Origin: a candidate division WOR-3 bacterium
Lineage (GTDB): Bacteria; Hydrothermota; 32-111
Direction: 5' to 3'
DNA length: 64,000 nucleotides
NCBI GenBank assembly: GCA_037481815.1
Contig: JBBFKX010000002.1
Location: 169,663 to 233,662 of the forward strand
Made by a program: the position numbers and the translations under genes. Positions within the stretch are counted from its first letter, which is position 1; each line of letters begins with the position of its first letter. The notes under the pieces are model-generated. The model was not told the origin of the DNA. It ran no database searches and saw nothing but the letters and a program-made list of their open reading frames with translations. Of the stretch, positions 27,193 through 39,025 are shown in pieces.

Positions 27193-27798
27193 AGATTAAA
27201 ATTTTTCTTAGTCAATATGATTATATTTTTGAAATTTATATTTTTATCTAAAAATAATAACTTTTATTGTTTTACTTTTCCCTTCCATTTCTAATCTACA
27301 ATAATAAATCCCATTCCTCAATCCATCTCTTAATATATCAGTTTCACCATAACATATCACATTCTAAGAAATTTTAATTGTTAAAATTTATTATCATTAT
27401 TTTAATCTTTCATTCTTCAATTATTTTTATTTTGCACATCTTAATCCTGTTGATTTTCACGAATTATTATCCCATATGTCAAAGGAACTACCCTCATCAT
27501 AGTTACTATCTAAATTATTTAAACAACCATAATAACTACCTCCACTACCTACTTTGTTTTCCTCTGAAAATACTTTTAGGTTAAAGTGTTCACTTATGAA
27601 ATAATAATTTTCTTGATACCTGCAAATCCTATATTCTGCTACATTTCCTGTAATTTTATGACACACATAAAAATTTATACCCTTTTATGGTATTAAAATC
27701 TGTTATAAAAATAATTAAATTTTATCCTCATTTTCAAATTATTCACTTTTTATTCGATAATAATGTGTTAATTTCTTGACTTTTTTTGATATTGAATT

Positions 27799-28962
27799 AT
27801 GATTATTTTACAAATGAAAGAAGATAAAGGGAATATTTTTTACACTGAATTCAACTATGATAAACTCTATTGGCTGATAAATATAAGAACATTACTTTTA
27901 ATCTGTTTAACTATAATTTTTTCAATTTTATCAATATTTAAAATCAAAATAAATAACACATTTTCTCCTGAATATCTACTTTTTTGGCAGATGATAGCAC
28001 TTGTGATCAATTTTTTACTCTATATTGATCTAAAATATCTTCAAAACAATAAACACCTGATTATGAACGAGGAAAATTTTAAATATATTGGAATGATTCA
28101 AATCGATTTTGATATCCTTTATACGATAGTTACAATTTTTCTTTCAGGAGGAATAAAATCTCCACTTCTTTTTCTTTTCATTTATAACATAATCACTTCA
28201 AACTTTTTGATTCAGGATCGAAATACTTTCTTTTACACCCTTATATTAATTGTGCTGATTTTCATCTCTGAATTCAGATTTAGATTCAAGGACACATTCC
28301 CATACATAGAGTATAAAACTTTGGAAAAGTTTGAAAATATGGTCTTGATCTCACTCATATTCTTTTTCCTCTTCTACCTTTCAAAATATGTATCGGAAAA
28401 ACTGAAACAGAAACAGGAAGAGTTGAATAAACTATATCAGGAAACATACAAGTTATCAATAACTGATAGGTTGACAGGCCTTTATGATCAGACATATTTT
28501 AGAGTGAGTGCTTCTGACGCTATTGAGATCGCAAAAATCAACAACAATAAACTTGCAATTGTAATGTTTGATATCGATAATTTTAAGGAGTTCAATGATA
28601 CAAACGGACATCTTATGGGTTCACGCGCATTGGTTCAAATAGCACAGATCATGAAAAAAACTTTTAGAAAAACTGACATCCTTGGTAAATATGGAGGAGA
28701 CGAGTTTATAATACTCTTAAAAGATATAGATGAAAATTATATAACATTTGTTCTTGAGAGATTCAAAAGTCAGATAGAAAATTTTAACTTTAATCCCGAA
28801 ACATCAAGAGTTTCCCATTTGACTATTTCCATAGGTGTTTCGTTTTTTCCCAAAGATGGTGAAAACCTCGATACACTTATCGATAAAACTGATAAGGCAT
28901 TATACACTGCAAAAAATTTAGGAAAAAATAATCTATTCATTTTTGATGATAGTAAAAAGTAG
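27799..28962 (+). CDS. Membrane-anchored diguanylate cyclase (GGDEF domain)
   Basis: 387 aa. The N-terminal ~200 aa hold several hydrophobic helices. The C-terminal GGDEF domain has an intact active site (..RLTGLYDQTYF...FDIDNFKEFNDTNGH...KYGGDEFIIL..). One of only two plus-strand genes. Confidence 0.85.
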   Translation: MIILQMKEDKGNIFYTEFNYDKLYWLINIRTLLLICLTIIFSILSIFKIKINNTFSPEYLLFWQMIALVINFLLYIDLKYLQNNKHLIMNEENFKYIGMIQIDFDILYTIVTIFLSGGIKSPLLFLFIYNIITSNFLIQDRNTFFYTLILIVLIFISEFRFRFKDTFPYIEYKTLEKFENMVLISLIFFFLFYLSKYVSEKLKQKQEELNKLYQETYKLSITDRLTGLYDQTYFRVSASDAIEIAKINNNKLAIVMFDIDNFKEFNDTNGHLMGSRALVQIAQIMKKTFRKTDILGKYGGDEFIILLKDIDENYITFVLERFKSQIENFNFNPETSRVSHLTISIGVSFFPKDGENLDTLIDKTDKALYTAKNLGKNNLFIFDDSKK

Positions 28963-30423
28963 TTTTACAATATCAGGATCATAAATTTTTCCAACATTTT
29001 CGTTGAAAATTCCTTCAATATGTTTTTCAGTCAACTTAAAAATATCTTTAAAAACACAATATTCTCCAGCAACTCTAACTATTCTTGAACCAACTGGAAT
29101 TTTTTTACCGACGAGTTTGTTAAAACCAGTTCCATCATAGTTTTCGTAAAGAAATTTAATAATTTTTTGAGCATCTTCAAGCATCACAAGAGGTGCTATA
29201 ATATCAGCACCTGATACGATCGCCTGTTTTATCTCTAAAGATTTTTCAGGGTCGAAGTATGTTGGTGCATTGAAGATCTCCTTTGGTTTACTCAAAAGTC
29301 CAAGGAGATGCAAAAGAGCCGAATACTGTATATCCCTTATTTCATCTTCAGAAAGTTCCATCCTTTTTGCAATTTTTACAGAAAGTGCTGAAACTTTTTC
29401 ACTGTGTTTTTTTAAACCAGGGAATATCCTATCCTCAAGATATAAAAAGGCGATCAAGGATTCAAGATAACTTCTTCTTGAATCCTCAAAAAATTTTGCA
29501 GATGCAAGAGAATTCGTGATCACGATCCTTGCGATTTCAAAAAGAACCATTTTTTCATCTTTAATTTTCAATGAATCTATTTCAAATATAAAAACTCCTA
29601 TGATCAGTTTTCCTAAAAATATCGGCAAAGTAACCGTTGAGTTGTCCTTTATACCTTTAAGAGAGTACCCGATATTAATTTTGGAAGATTTGAAATATTC
29701 AATAAACTGGTTCCTGTTGATTTTGGTTCCAACTGGAAACTCTTTTTCAAAATTTCTTTCCTTTTTAACAACGAAATCTCCACTTTTTTCATCAAAAAGA
29801 AGAAGAACCAAAGAGTGGGGATTAAAAATCGTATCAAGTTTTTCAAAAATGTTTAAAGCGTTAGATTCAAAAGATTTGATCACAGAGATCATTTCAGAAA
29901 AAGTTTTGAGTTCTTCAATGCTTTTTAAAAGTTCTTTTAGATAATTATCAAGTTTCTCTTTCTGTTCGGATACCAATTGGTTCGTGTTTAACAGTTCCTC
30001 ATTCATTTTTTGAATGTCAGCACTCAATCTTTCTTTATCAAGTAATAATTGCCTCTTCTCATAAGCGTTTCTGATAACAAGTAACATCGTATCTGCTGTG
30101 AATGGCTTTGAGACAAAATCGTAAGCACCACTCCTGATGCATGTCATCGCAAGATTAATATCTATTGTTGCTGAGATAACGATTATAGGTGAAAAAGGAT
30201 TTTCAATCGAAAAATTTGTTATGAAGTCAAAAACATCGGTTCCTGGCAACGACAGATCCACTATTATTAGAGAATATTGATTCAAAGATAACAGATTTTT
30301 AAATTGTACCCCATCGGTTGCAATATCCACATCAACAGCATCTTTCTTTTCATACTCGATGATCTTTTTTAAAAAATTGGCTACTGTGATTTCGCCATCA
30401 GCTACTAAAATTTTTTCTTTCAT
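28933..30423 (-). CDS. Response regulator: REC + GAF-like + degenerate HD-GYP-like output domain
   Basis: 496 aa. N-terminal receiver (KILVADGEITV..LIIVDLSLPG..VISAT..SKPF), a central GAF-like region, and a C-terminal HD-superfamily domain (HSEKVSALSVKIAKRM...LLHLLGLL...YENYDGTGFNKL). Relative to the HD-GYP consensus HD..GYP, it reads H-L and G-F-N. Converges on the GGDEF gene with a 30-nt overlap. Confidence 0.65.
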   Translation of the reverse strand: MKEKILVADGEITVANFLKKIIEYEKKDAVDVDIATDGVQFKNLLSLNQYSLIIVDLSLPGTDVFDFITNFSIENPFSPIIVISATIDINLAMTCIRSGAYDFVSKPFTADTMLLVIRNAYEKRQLLLDKERLSADIQKMNEELLNTNQLVSEQKEKLDNYLKELLKSIEELKTFSEMISVIKSFESNALNIFEKLDTIFNPHSLVLLLFDEKSGDFVVKKERNFEKEFPVGTKINRNQFIEYFKSSKINIGYSLKGIKDNSTVTLPIFLGKLIIGVFIFEIDSLKIKDEKMVLFEIARIVITNSLASAKFFEDSRRSYLESLIAFLYLEDRIFPGLKKHSEKVSALSVKIAKRMELSEDEIRDIQYSALLHLLGLLSKPKEIFNAPTYFDPEKSLEIKQAIVSGADIIAPLVMLEDAQKIIKFLYENYDGTGFNKLVGKKIPVGSRIVRVAGEYCVFKDIFKLTEKHIEGIFNENVGKIYDPDIVKLLFTIIKNE

Positions 30424-30424
30424 T

Positions 30425-33400
30425 TTAACTTTTCAAAGGCAGTTTTATTATAAAAGAGACACCATTTTCTCTGTTAACAGCGAATATTGTCCCATTGTGT
30501 TCTTTTATTATATTAAATGAGATTGCAAGACCAAGACCAGTACCACCGCTTTTTGTTGTAAAAAATGGTGCAAAAATCTTTGAGAGGTTCTCTTCGGGTA
30601 TTCTGGGACCATCGTTATAGATATCTATAACAAGAAAATTATCTTCTTTTTTAATCGAAATCTCAATATGACCATTTTTTACAATCGATTGAATAGCATT
30701 CAAAAGTATATTCATAAAAACTTCTATCATCTGTTCTTCGTCAACCATTATCTCCTGAATATCCTCATTTATATTCACATTCAAAGAAATGTTTGTTTCT
30801 TCAAGTTTATTCTTTACCATCTCAACCGCATGGTTTAATACATCGAGAATGTTCACTTTTGAAAGGAGTACAGTTTTTGCTTTTGCAAAAGATGTCATAT
30901 CGTTCACAAGTCTGTCCAATCTTTTAACCTCTTTAATCACAAGATCTATTGACTCAGTGAGTATATCATCATCCTTAAGCCGCATCTTCAAAAATTCCAT
31001 TCCGGTTAAAATTCCTGACAGAGGATTTTTGATCTCGTGCGCCATACCTGCTGCCATCTGTCCAAGCATCGCAAGATTCTCTTTCGCTTTCAATTCATTC
31101 TGAATCTTTTTGATTTCAGAAAGATCCTGAATTATACATACGAGTTCAAGATCCTTTTCAAACTTTATAGGTGTAATACTTATACCACAGGGAACGTGTC
31201 CTCTCTTTTTACTCTTTAAAATTATCTCATCTCTGAACAAAGGTTTTTCACTTTTAATAACATTATCAATTATTCCATTTTTATCCTCAAAAAGATCAAG
31301 ATAATGCATGTTGAAAATCTCATCGGGTTCGTATTCACCAATTTTTAAAAGTGAATTGTTAAAATGTATAATCTTACCATTTTTATCTATGTAAACTACA
31401 CCAGAAGGTATGTTGTTCAAAATCAGATCGGAAATCTGTAAATCTTTTGAGGATTCTTCGAATCTTGATATGGCAATGATCGCAGTGTTTGCAAGTGTTT
31501 CAAGGAACTGTTTATCCGACTGAGAAAAATATCCACTCTTTTTGTTATCAACACACAATACCCCTAACGTTCTCCCAAGAAACTTTAAAGGAACATTTAT
31601 AAGATTCTCTACCCTATAATATTTTGATAATGATTTTATCGGTTTAAAATATTCACTTTTGGTTACATCGTTTAAAATCAAAGAGTTCCCTGTTTTATAA
31701 ACATATCCAGCAGCACTATCTGACATATCTTTTATCTTTTTCAATTTTTCGATTTCTATGCCCAAAGATGCTTTAAAAACAAGTTTCCCATTCTCCTGAA
31801 AAAGAAGTGAGGCATAGGTTCCATCAACAATTTTAACAGCAGATTCAAGTAGATATTTGAAAAACTCTTCAATGCTTTTCACATATATAAGTTTTTCGGT
31901 CAGATTACTGATAATATTATACTGTTTCAACTTTCTTTCGTTTTCATCAAATAGTAGTGCACTCTCAAATTTGATATAAAGTTCCTGAACTATCGCGTTA
32001 AAAGTATAATCGTAAATTTTTGTTTTAAGGTTACGATCAGAAAAAACGATCAGAAGAAATTTATCCTGTTTGTTAACAAAAATGGGTAAAACGGTTGCAT
32101 ATCGTATCTCTTTTTTGAAAAATTCTTTGCTTATTTTGGGATCATCAAAAAAGTTTGTAACACTCTGATTTATATCTTGTTCAAAATAATATTTTTTCTT
32201 GTTCAAAAGGATATTTTTCAACTGTTCATTTTCGAAGTATGTTTCTTTAATTTGGTAACTTTCATCTTCGTTTTTTTCAAGGAGCAATGTCGCTTTACTT
32301 TTAAGTAAACTTCCAAGAGTCGTTGTAACTATTTTTGATAGAAATTTTAGATTCAAAGAACTTCTTAAACTCGTAAAAATTTTGTACAGAATCGTCAACT
32401 GTTCAATCTTGTTTTCCGAGTCCATCTGTAAAAGGAGAGATTTTATAAAACTTGCTGAATTGTTCGATATTATCTTTACTAGTTCAAAATCTTTATCAGT
32501 AAAAGGAATCTTCCCAAACCTTGTCAACATTAAAACTCCAACGAGTTCTCCTTTAAAAATTATCGGTACACATATTCCCGCCTGTGATTGTTTTTTATAA
32601 CCTTTTGTGTATTCGATATTGGGAAACTTTAAAAGATCATCAAGCATCAAAGGTTCTTTCGTGAGAGCAACTGTTCCAGAAACACCTCTACCGACAATAA
32701 AATCTCTCTCCATCAATTCCTTTTCATCTATACCTATCGCTGAAACAGCTCTTAGTTTCTCCTCTTCTGTTTTTACAAGTATAAAACCCCTATCAGCATT
32801 TATCTCTGACATTAAAAATTCAAGAAGATTTCTGAAACTCTTTTTATAATCTTTATCCTGTGATAATATCTTTGAAACTTTTAATATCACTTCAAGTTTT
32901 TTTAAACTTTCATTCTTCTCTTCATAAAGATAAGATTTATCGAATATGTTTCCAACCTGTTCGTAAAATGTCTGTATAAAATCCTTTTTGAATCGGTCAT
33001 TTGCAACATCTTCATCAAATTCTGTGATTATTTTACCAAAAACCTTTTTGTTGTATATTATAGGTAAATAAACAACATTTTTTACACTTTTATTAACATT
33101 TAATTCATCCAATCTTGAACCATAATAATAAAGTACATTTTCATCTCTTAAATTTTTAAAATGATCCAGATACTTATTTTTTATTTTGTTCAACTCAAAT
33201 GTTGTACCATCAAGTTTAAAATATTCATCTTTTAAAATATCAATATAATAAACATTCTTGGGTTTAAGATTCTTAAAATAGTATTTCAAAACCTGAGGAA
33301 TTAAAATTTTTATATCAATGTTTGAGGAAAAAAGGTTATTCAAATTGTTTACGATTTCTGTTTTCTTTTGAACAAAGTAATACTCTTCTTCTATCATCTT

Positions 33401-34372
33401 TTTCTCTGTAATGTCCTCTATCAGAATAACAACCCCAACACATCTTCCATTCTCTATCAAAGGATAACCATAAAGGTTTTGAACAAGTTCTTTTTTTAAC
33501 CTTGTGGAATACCTCTTAACTCCAAGCATTCTTCTCGTCTTTTTTGTCTCTATTATCTCTGCAAGTATTTTATCGAGTTTCAATTCAAGTAGATCAGGGA
33601 AAAGATCGAAAATATTTTTTCCGATCATTTCAGAGTTGGTGAACTTATATTTTTCCGCTGTGAATTTGTTGAACTTGATTATATTCCCTTCTCTGTCCAG
33701 AACAATTATCCCCTGTGCAATAGCATCAAAGACAAGATTCTGAATCCTTTTTAAACCTTCTATCTCTTTTGTCCATATCTCCTTTTCCTTGAGATCATAA
33801 ATTATTACTATGGAATAATCTTCCCACGGAAAAATACTAACCTTTACAGAGCTGGCATTCCCATTTATATCGTACATTTCTATAAAAAGTTCCTGTTTGG
33901 TCTTCTTTTTCAGCGATACTATCGTTTTTTCAAGATGGTCTGGTAAAACATATTCACTAAAATATGTTGCATTACCTAAATATGTATCTCCATATTTTAT
34001 CTGAAACGATTGGTTTGAAAGTATAACCTTTAAATCTTTATCAAGAAAACATACAGAAGAATCTATACTATCAAGGAGTTCTGCAAGGAGGTATATGTCC
34101 ATTATGGATGAAGTGTTCACTTCACTTTTTAAAAATATGATGATCTTTTCATAGTTTGGAAAATTAAAATAAATATATTCACCAGAAGAATTATATGAGA
34201 AAATATCCTTTTTAAATTTTACCGATGATAAAAATTTTTTTATATCAAAATCTTTTTCAACGAATTTCTCTTTCCGGTAATCGGATACCACTCTTCCATC
34301 ATAGGTTGACAAAATGAATGAAATATTTTTTAATTTTAAAAAATCAAGAAAAGATGTTAAAACATTTCTCAT
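30425..34372 (-). CDS. Large soluble multi-sensor (PAS/GAF) histidine kinase
   Basis: 1315 aa with no evident TM. Several PAS-like and GAF-like segments ([23 protein letters not shown]..). C-terminal HisKA ([15 protein letters not shown]) and HATPase_c ([23 protein letters not shown]). Ends 2 nt from the start of the response-regulator gene. Confidence 0.85.
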   Translation of the reverse strand: MRNVLTSFLDFLKLKNISFILSTYDGRVVSDYRKEKFVEKDFDIKKFLSSVKFKKDIFSYNSSGEYIYFNFPNYEKIIIFLKSEVNTSSIMDIYLLAELLDSIDSSVCFLDKDLKVILSNQSFQIKYGDTYLGNATYFSEYVLPDHLEKTIVSLKKKTKQELFIEMYDINGNASSVKVSIFPWEDYSIVIIYDLKEKEIWTKEIEGLKRIQNLVFDAIAQGIIVLDREGNIIKFNKFTAEKYKFTNSEMIGKNIFDLFPDLLELKLDKILAEIIETKKTRRMLGVKRYSTRLKKELVQNLYGYPLIENGRCVGVVILIEDITEKKMIEEEYYFVQKKTEIVNNLNNLFSSNIDIKILIPQVLKYYFKNLKPKNVYYIDILKDEYFKLDGTTFELNKIKNKYLDHFKNLRDENVLYYYGSRLDELNVNKSVKNVVYLPIIYNKKVFGKIITEFDEDVANDRFKKDFIQTFYEQVGNIFDKSYLYEEKNESLKKLEVILKVSKILSQDKDYKKSFRNLLEFLMSEINADRGFILVKTEEEKLRAVSAIGIDEKELMERDFIVGRGVSGTVALTKEPLMLDDLLKFPNIEYTKGYKKQSQAGICVPIIFKGELVGVLMLTRFGKIPFTDKDFELVKIISNNSASFIKSLLLQMDSENKIEQLTILYKIFTSLRSSLNLKFLSKIVTTTLGSLLKSKATLLLEKNEDESYQIKETYFENEQLKNILLNKKKYYFEQDINQSVTNFFDDPKISKEFFKKEIRYATVLPIFVNKQDKFLLIVFSDRNLKTKIYDYTFNAIVQELYIKFESALLFDENERKLKQYNIISNLTEKLIYVKSIEEFFKYLLESAVKIVDGTYASLLFQENGKLVFKASLGIEIEKLKKIKDMSDSAAGYVYKTGNSLILNDVTKSEYFKPIKSLSKYYRVENLINVPLKFLGRTLGVLCVDNKKSGYFSQSDKQFLETLANTAIIAISRFEESSKDLQISDLILNNIPSGVVYIDKNGKIIHFNNSLLKIGEYEPDEIFNMHYLDLFEDKNGIIDNVIKSEKPLFRDEIILKSKKRGHVPCGISITPIKFEKDLELVCIIQDLSEIKKIQNELKAKENLAMLGQMAAGMAHEIKNPLSGILTGMEFLKMRLKDDDILTESIDLVIKEVKRLDRLVNDMTSFAKAKTVLLSKVNILDVLNHAVEMVKNKLEETNISLNVNINEDIQEIMVDEEQMIEVFMNILLNAIQSIVKNGHIEISIKKEDNFLVIDIYNDGPRIPEENLSKIFAPFFTTKSGGTGLGLAISFNIIKEHNGTIFAVNRENGVSFIIKLPLKS

Positions 34373-34380
34373 AATCTTCC

Positions 34381-34638
34381 CTATAAATTTATCAGGTTTT
34401 CTAAATGCTTCTTCGCATCAGTGTTGTTTTTATCAATTTCCAGAACCTTTTTAAAACATTCTTTCGCTTTTTCAATATCGTTTATACTTTCGTAAACTAT
34501 TCCAAGGTTATAATATATATCAGCATCATCGGGAAACAGGGTTAATCCCTCCTCAAAAATTTTTATCGCTTTTTTGAAGTTCTGGTTCTGGAAATAAAAA
34601 AAACCTGCTTCAAGAATTTTTTCTTTATCTGGTTCCAT
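34381..34638 (-). CDS. Small TPR-repeat protein
   Basis: 85 aa with two TPR units (AIKIFEEGLTLFPDDADIYYNLGIVYE.., AKECFKKVLEIDKNN). Confidence 0.5.
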   Translation of the reverse strand: MEPDKEKILEAGFFYFQNQNFKKAIKIFEEGLTLFPDDADIYYNLGIVYESINDIEKAKECFKKVLEIDKNNTDAKKHLENLINL

Positions 34639-34650
34639 TTTTAAATAATA

Positions 34651-35346
34651 TTATAAATTTTCAATCTTTTCAAGATCTTCTTTCAAACCGATCATGACAA
34701 GTATATCCCCTTCTATAATCCTTTCTTTCGGAGATGGTGATATTATCGTATTTTCTTCAAAACTCAGTTTGTATGAATCGGTTGTTGAGGGCTGTTTCCT
34801 TTTGATCGCGATTATGTTTATATCATATCTTTTTCTTATGTCTATCTCCTCTATAGTTTTCCCAACAAAAATTTCAGGAGTTTTTATCTCAACAAGATTA
34901 TATGAAGGTGAAAGTTCGATAATGTCAAAAATTGATGGAGAGATAAGGGTATTTGCAAGCCGATCTGCACTTTCAAGTTCTGGATATATTATTCTGTCGA
35001 CACCGATCTTTTCAAGAACTTTTCCATGTTTTTGATCACTCGCTTTCGCAATAACCTTTCTTATTTTTAAGTCCTCTTTCAAAAACGAGGAAAGAAGTAT
35101 ACTTGTTGCTATATCCTTTATAGCGATAATAGCGACATCAACATCCATAAGACCAACTTCTTTTAATCCTTTTTCATCAAGTGCATTCAACTGTATAGCA
35201 TGTGTAACTTTATTTGAAATATCATCAATTTTACCTTCATCAGAATCTATTGCTATCACCTCATATCCTTTCTCTGAAAGTTTTGTAGCTACATGATATC
35301 CAAAACTGCTAAGCCCTATAACTGCAAAAAACTTTTTATCAGACAT
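34651..35346 (-). CDS. trkA: Trk-system K+ uptake protein TrkA (NAD-binding)
   Basis: 231 aa. N-terminal Rossmann motif FAVIGLSSFGYHVATKL and a C-terminal TrkA_C region. Confidence 0.85.
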   Translation of the reverse strand: MSDKKFFAVIGLSSFGYHVATKLSEKGYEVIAIDSDEGKIDDISNKVTHAIQLNALDEKGLKEVGLMDVDVAIIAIKDIATSILLSSFLKEDLKIRKVIAKASDQKHGKVLEKIGVDRIIYPELESADRLANTLISPSIFDIIELSPSYNLVEIKTPEIFVGKTIEEIDIRKRYDINIIAIKRKQPSTTDSYKLSFEENTIISPSPKERIIEGDILVMIGLKEDLEKIENL

Positions 35347-35355
35347 AAAACCTCC

Positions 35356-36735
35356 TTATCCAACAAGGATCTTTGCCTTTGGATACTGGAATGAATCTCT
35401 CCTATCTTTTGTTAAAAATATGTTCACAGCGGTCAAAACTCCAACTCTTCCGATCAGCATCACAAACATTATAACAAACTTTCCCAAAGGAGTAAAATTC
35501 GCAACAAGTGAAACGTTTGGAAGTTTTCCACCCAAAGATAAACCAACAGTTCCATACGCTGAAATGACTTCAAAAATCACTCTAAATGGCTCATCATTTT
35601 CACTGACAAGAAGGATCAAAATCGCAAAAACAACAATGAATATCGTAATCGTGAATATAAAATATGACTTCATTATCATTTCCTCATCCACCCTTCTTTT
35701 AAAAATGTTGAGATTCCTTCTTCCTCTGAGATTGTTTATCATATAACTGACAACAAGATAAAAAGTTGTTGTTTTTATACCACCACCGGTTCCTCCAGGA
35801 GATGCTCCTATAAACATAAGTATTATCAAAAGAAAGATTGATGAACTATTCAACAGAGCAAAATCAATCGTATTAAAACCTGCTGTTCTTGGAGTTACGA
35901 TTTGAAACAAAGAGTTAAAAATCTTTCCAAAAATATCCAGTTCCTTTAAGGACGAGTTACTTTCAAACATAAAGAATAAAAAGAAAGGAATCACGATAAG
36001 AAGAGAAGTCATTATTATCACTATTTTTGAATGATTCTCAAATCTTTTATAATAAAATCTGTTTTTATATACATCTCTAACAACTATAAATCCAATTCCT
36101 CCTAAAACTATCAATACGATAACTGTTAAAATAATAATCGGATCGTTTCTGAAATCATACAGGTTCGTTGAAAAGGTTGAAAAACCTGCATTACAAAAAG
36201 ATGATATCGAATGAAAAATGGAACAGAATATCGCATCAGGAACATTTTCAATAACCTGAATGAACCTGAAAAACATTATTACACTTCCTAAAAGTTCAAC
36301 TGAGAAAACAAACAATAAAAGTTTTAAAATATAACTTTTAATCTCTTTACTGGAAAACTTTTGAAATTCTTGAAGAGTTTGAAACCTGATGTTTGAATCA
36401 ACCCTTTTCGCTATCGCAAGCGTAAAAAAAGTTGAAATCATAACATATCCGAGGCCACCAATCTGGATCAAAAGTAATATGATAAACTTTCCAAAAGGGG
36501 AGAAAAAAGTTGCAGTATCTTTAACTATCAAACCTGTAACACATACAGCAGAGGTTGAAGTAAAAAGCGCATCTATAAAATTGATATTAACTTTCGGATC
36601 AGCATGAGAAATAGGCAAAGAAAGAAGGAGTGCTCCCGAAATTATAAAAACAATATATCCAAAAATGATCACAAGGGAAGGGTTCACCTTCTTCACTGTA
36701 AAATCATTTTCAAAATAATATTTTTGCTGTTTCAT
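35356..36735 (-). CDS. trkH: Trk-type K+ transporter membrane subunit TrkH/KtrB
   Basis: 459 aa, polytopic. Repeated selectivity-filter-like motifs (VCVTGL, TAGFNT, TVGLSLG). The ORF's first ATG overlaps the lon 3' end by 26 nt. Confidence 0.85.
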   Translation of the reverse strand: MKQQKYYFENDFTVKKVNPSLVIIFGYIVFIISGALLLSLPISHADPKVNINFIDALFTSTSAVCVTGLIVKDTATFFSPFGKFIILLLIQIGGLGYVMISTFFTLAIAKRVDSNIRFQTLQEFQKFSSKEIKSYILKLLLFVFSVELLGSVIMFFRFIQVIENVPDAIFCSIFHSISSFCNAGFSTFSTNLYDFRNDPIIILTVIVLIVLGGIGFIVVRDVYKNRFYYKRFENHSKIVIIMTSLLIVIPFFLFFMFESNSSLKELDIFGKIFNSLFQIVTPRTAGFNTIDFALLNSSSIFLLIILMFIGASPGGTGGGIKTTTFYLVVSYMINNLRGRRNLNIFKRRVDEEMIMKSYFIFTITIFIVVFAILILLVSENDEPFRVIFEVISAYGTVGLSLGGKLPNVSLVANFTPLGKFVIMFVMLIGRVGVLTAVNIFLTKDRRDSFQYPKAKILVG

Positions 36736-39025
36736 AAATGTTTTTCACAAAATAAAATTTTAAATCCTTTTTAACCTTTTTCGGTATTTTTGATAAATTT
36801 GATCTATTCTTTTCCGGAATGATTATATTTTTGATCCCATCTATCTGTGCTGCAACGATTTTTTCAAACAAACCACCAACAGGTAAAACATTCCCTGTTA
36901 AAGTTATCTCCCCTGTCATTGCAAAACCACCTTTTACAGGTTTTTTAGTTAACGCTGAGATCAGCGATACAACAAGCGTTATACCCGCAGATGGTCCATC
37001 TTTAGGTATCGCTCCTTCTGGGATGTGTATATGTGTATCAAATTTTTTATAGAATTCAGGATCTATGTCAAAAAGTTTATAGTTTTTTCTCAAATAACTT
37101 ATCGCTGTAGCAGCAGATTCTTTCATCACATCACCAATCTGTCCTGTTAATTGAACATTTCCATTGCCTTCCAATATAACAGTTTCAACAGTCAAAACTT
37201 TTCCACCATTTGGAGTCCAGGCAAGGCCGTTTACAATTCCAGGTATATTTCTTTTCTCTTTCGTTCTTTCAATATAAAGTTCAGGGCCAAGATATTTTAC
37301 AACCTCTTCTTTTCCAATTTTTTTATTTTTTATCTTTTCACCGATCGCTATCTCTTTTGCTCTCTTTCCCATTATCGCCTGTATATTTTTTTCAAGTCCT
37401 CTTATTCCAGCCTCTGGAGAATAGTTTCGTATTATTTTTACTAACGCTTCATTTTCAAACTGTATATCATTTTTCCTCAAACCTGATCTTTTCATCATTC
37501 TGGGAATCAAGAATTTTTTTGAGATTTCAACCTTTTCAAATTCAAGGTATCCCGGGATCTCGATTATCTCCATTCGATCCCTTAAAGCTGGAGGAATCGT
37601 ATGAACAACATTAGCGGTGCAGATGAAAAGAACCTTTGAAAGATCGTATTCCAATTCAAGATAATTATCTGAAAAACTGTTGTTTATCTGAGGATCGAGG
37701 ATCTCAAGAAAAGCGTTCGAAGGATCACCTCTATAATCCCCACCAAGTTTATCTATCTCATCAAGCATGAATACTGGATTTATGACTCCTGCTCTTTTCA
37801 TCATCTGAATTATTCTGCCTGGCATAGCACCAACATATGTTCTTCTGTGACCCTTTATCTCCGATTCATCTTTAATCCCACCAAGAGAAATCCTTACAAA
37901 CTTTCTTCCCATAGCTTCAGCTATCGATTGACCGAGCGAGGTTTTTCCAACACCTGGAGCCCCAACAAAACATAGTATATGACCTTTACTATCCTTTGAT
38001 AACTTTAAAACTGAAAGATACTCAAGAATCCTTTCTTTCACCTGAGTCAATCCATAATGATTCTTCGTAAGAATCTTTTTTGCAAGTTTAATATCAAAAT
38101 TATCCTGTGTCATCTTTTTCCACGGAAGTGAAAGGAGCCAATCAAGATAGTTCTTAATGATATTATATTCCGGGGAATATGTTGTCAACGATTTCAACCT
38201 GTTCGCTTCTTCAAGTGCTTTTTCTTTTGCGTGTTCAGTTAGATCAGATTTCAAAATTTTATTTTTTATTTTTGAAAATTCATCTTCCTGTTCAAAAGAA
38301 TATCCAAGTTCTCTGTTGATTATTCTCAACTGTTCTTTAAGAAAAGATTTTCTTGCATCCTCTTTACTCTTTTCAATAACCTCATCGTATATTCTCTTCT
38401 CGATTTTTTTCTTTTCGATTTCTTGGCTGATAAATACAAGTAGATTTTTGATACGGGTCTCGACATCGGTTTCAAGTATAAAACTGTTGAAGGATTGTTT
38501 ATCAAGGTCTATCAATGAAATCAACTCTTCGGAAAGTAGAAAAAGATCCTTTTCTGAATTAATTTTGTATAAAGAATCATAATAAGTGTTGTTATAATTT
38601 GATAGTTCTTTAAAGTTCTTTTTTAAAAGATTCAAATACGCTTCAGAGAGATTCTCATCTTTTATTTCCTTAAAATAAACTTTTTCACATTTAACCTTTT
38701 TATAGTTGTTATAATCTATAACCTTTATAATCTTGACATAATCAACAGGAGAAACAAACAATCTTAAAACCCTCTCACCAACATTTTCTTTTTTTAACAC
38801 TTTCAAAATTAAACCTGACAGATGTTCATTATCAAAACATTTTAAAACTATAAATTCCCCTTCCGAGATTTCAATTTTCTGAAAATCGATATCTACCTTA
38901 TCGATAAGATCAATTTTCTTTAGAGTTTTTAGGGAAAATTTTTGATCACTGTTTTTAAAGGAGAGATCTATTAAAAGAAACAATGAATCAAAGGAAAAAT
39001 TTTCTTTTTCAACCATATCAACCAT
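36710..39025 (-). CDS. lon: ATP-dependent protease Lon
   Basis: 771 aa. Walker A ([15 protein letters not shown]), sensor region ([13 protein letters not shown]), and a C-terminal proteolytic domain with the catalytic Ser context DGPSAGITL and [14 protein letters not shown]. Directly downstream of clpX. Confidence 0.9.
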   Translation of the reverse strand: MVDMVEKENFSFDSLFLLIDLSFKNSDQKFSLKTLKKIDLIDKVDIDFQKIEISEGEFIVLKCFDNEHLSGLILKVLKKENVGERVLRLFVSPVDYVKIIKVIDYNNYKKVKCEKVYFKEIKDENLSEAYLNLLKKNFKELSNYNNTYYDSLYKINSEKDLFLLSEELISLIDLDKQSFNSFILETDVETRIKNLLVFISQEIEKKKIEKRIYDEVIEKSKEDARKSFLKEQLRIINRELGYSFEQEDEFSKIKNKILKSDLTEHAKEKALEEANRLKSLTTYSPEYNIIKNYLDWLLSLPWKKMTQDNFDIKLAKKILTKNHYGLTQVKERILEYLSVLKLSKDSKGHILCFVGAPGVGKTSLGQSIAEAMGRKFVRISLGGIKDESEIKGHRRTYVGAMPGRIIQMMKRAGVINPVFMLDEIDKLGGDYRGDPSNAFLEILDPQINNSFSDNYLELEYDLSKVLFICTANVVHTIPPALRDRMEIIEIPGYLEFEKVEISKKFLIPRMMKRSGLRKNDIQFENEALVKIIRNYSPEAGIRGLEKNIQAIMGKRAKEIAIGEKIKNKKIGKEEVVKYLGPELYIERTKEKRNIPGIVNGLAWTPNGGKVLTVETVILEGNGNVQLTGQIGDVMKESAATAISYLRKNYKLFDIDPEFYKKFDTHIHIPEGAIPKDGPSAGITLVVSLISALTKKPVKGGFAMTGEITLTGNVLPVGGLFEKIVAAQIDGIKNIIIPEKNRSNLSKIPKKVKKDLKFYFVKNIYETAKILF

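Noticed and set aside
27378-27584. 68-aa plus-strand ORF in the long spacer (MLKFIIIILIFHSSIIFILHILILLIF...).
   Set aside because: Purely hydrophobic low-complexity translation of an AT-rich tract with no RBS. The overlapping minus-strand 69-aa ORF is kept only as a low-interest note in the findings.
36710-36735. 26-nt overlap between the lon 3' end and the trkH start, and 23-nt overlap between mltG and ruvX.
   Set aside because: These probably reflect ORF-track choice of the first ATG rather than real long overlaps. No frameshift or pseudogene signature was seen.
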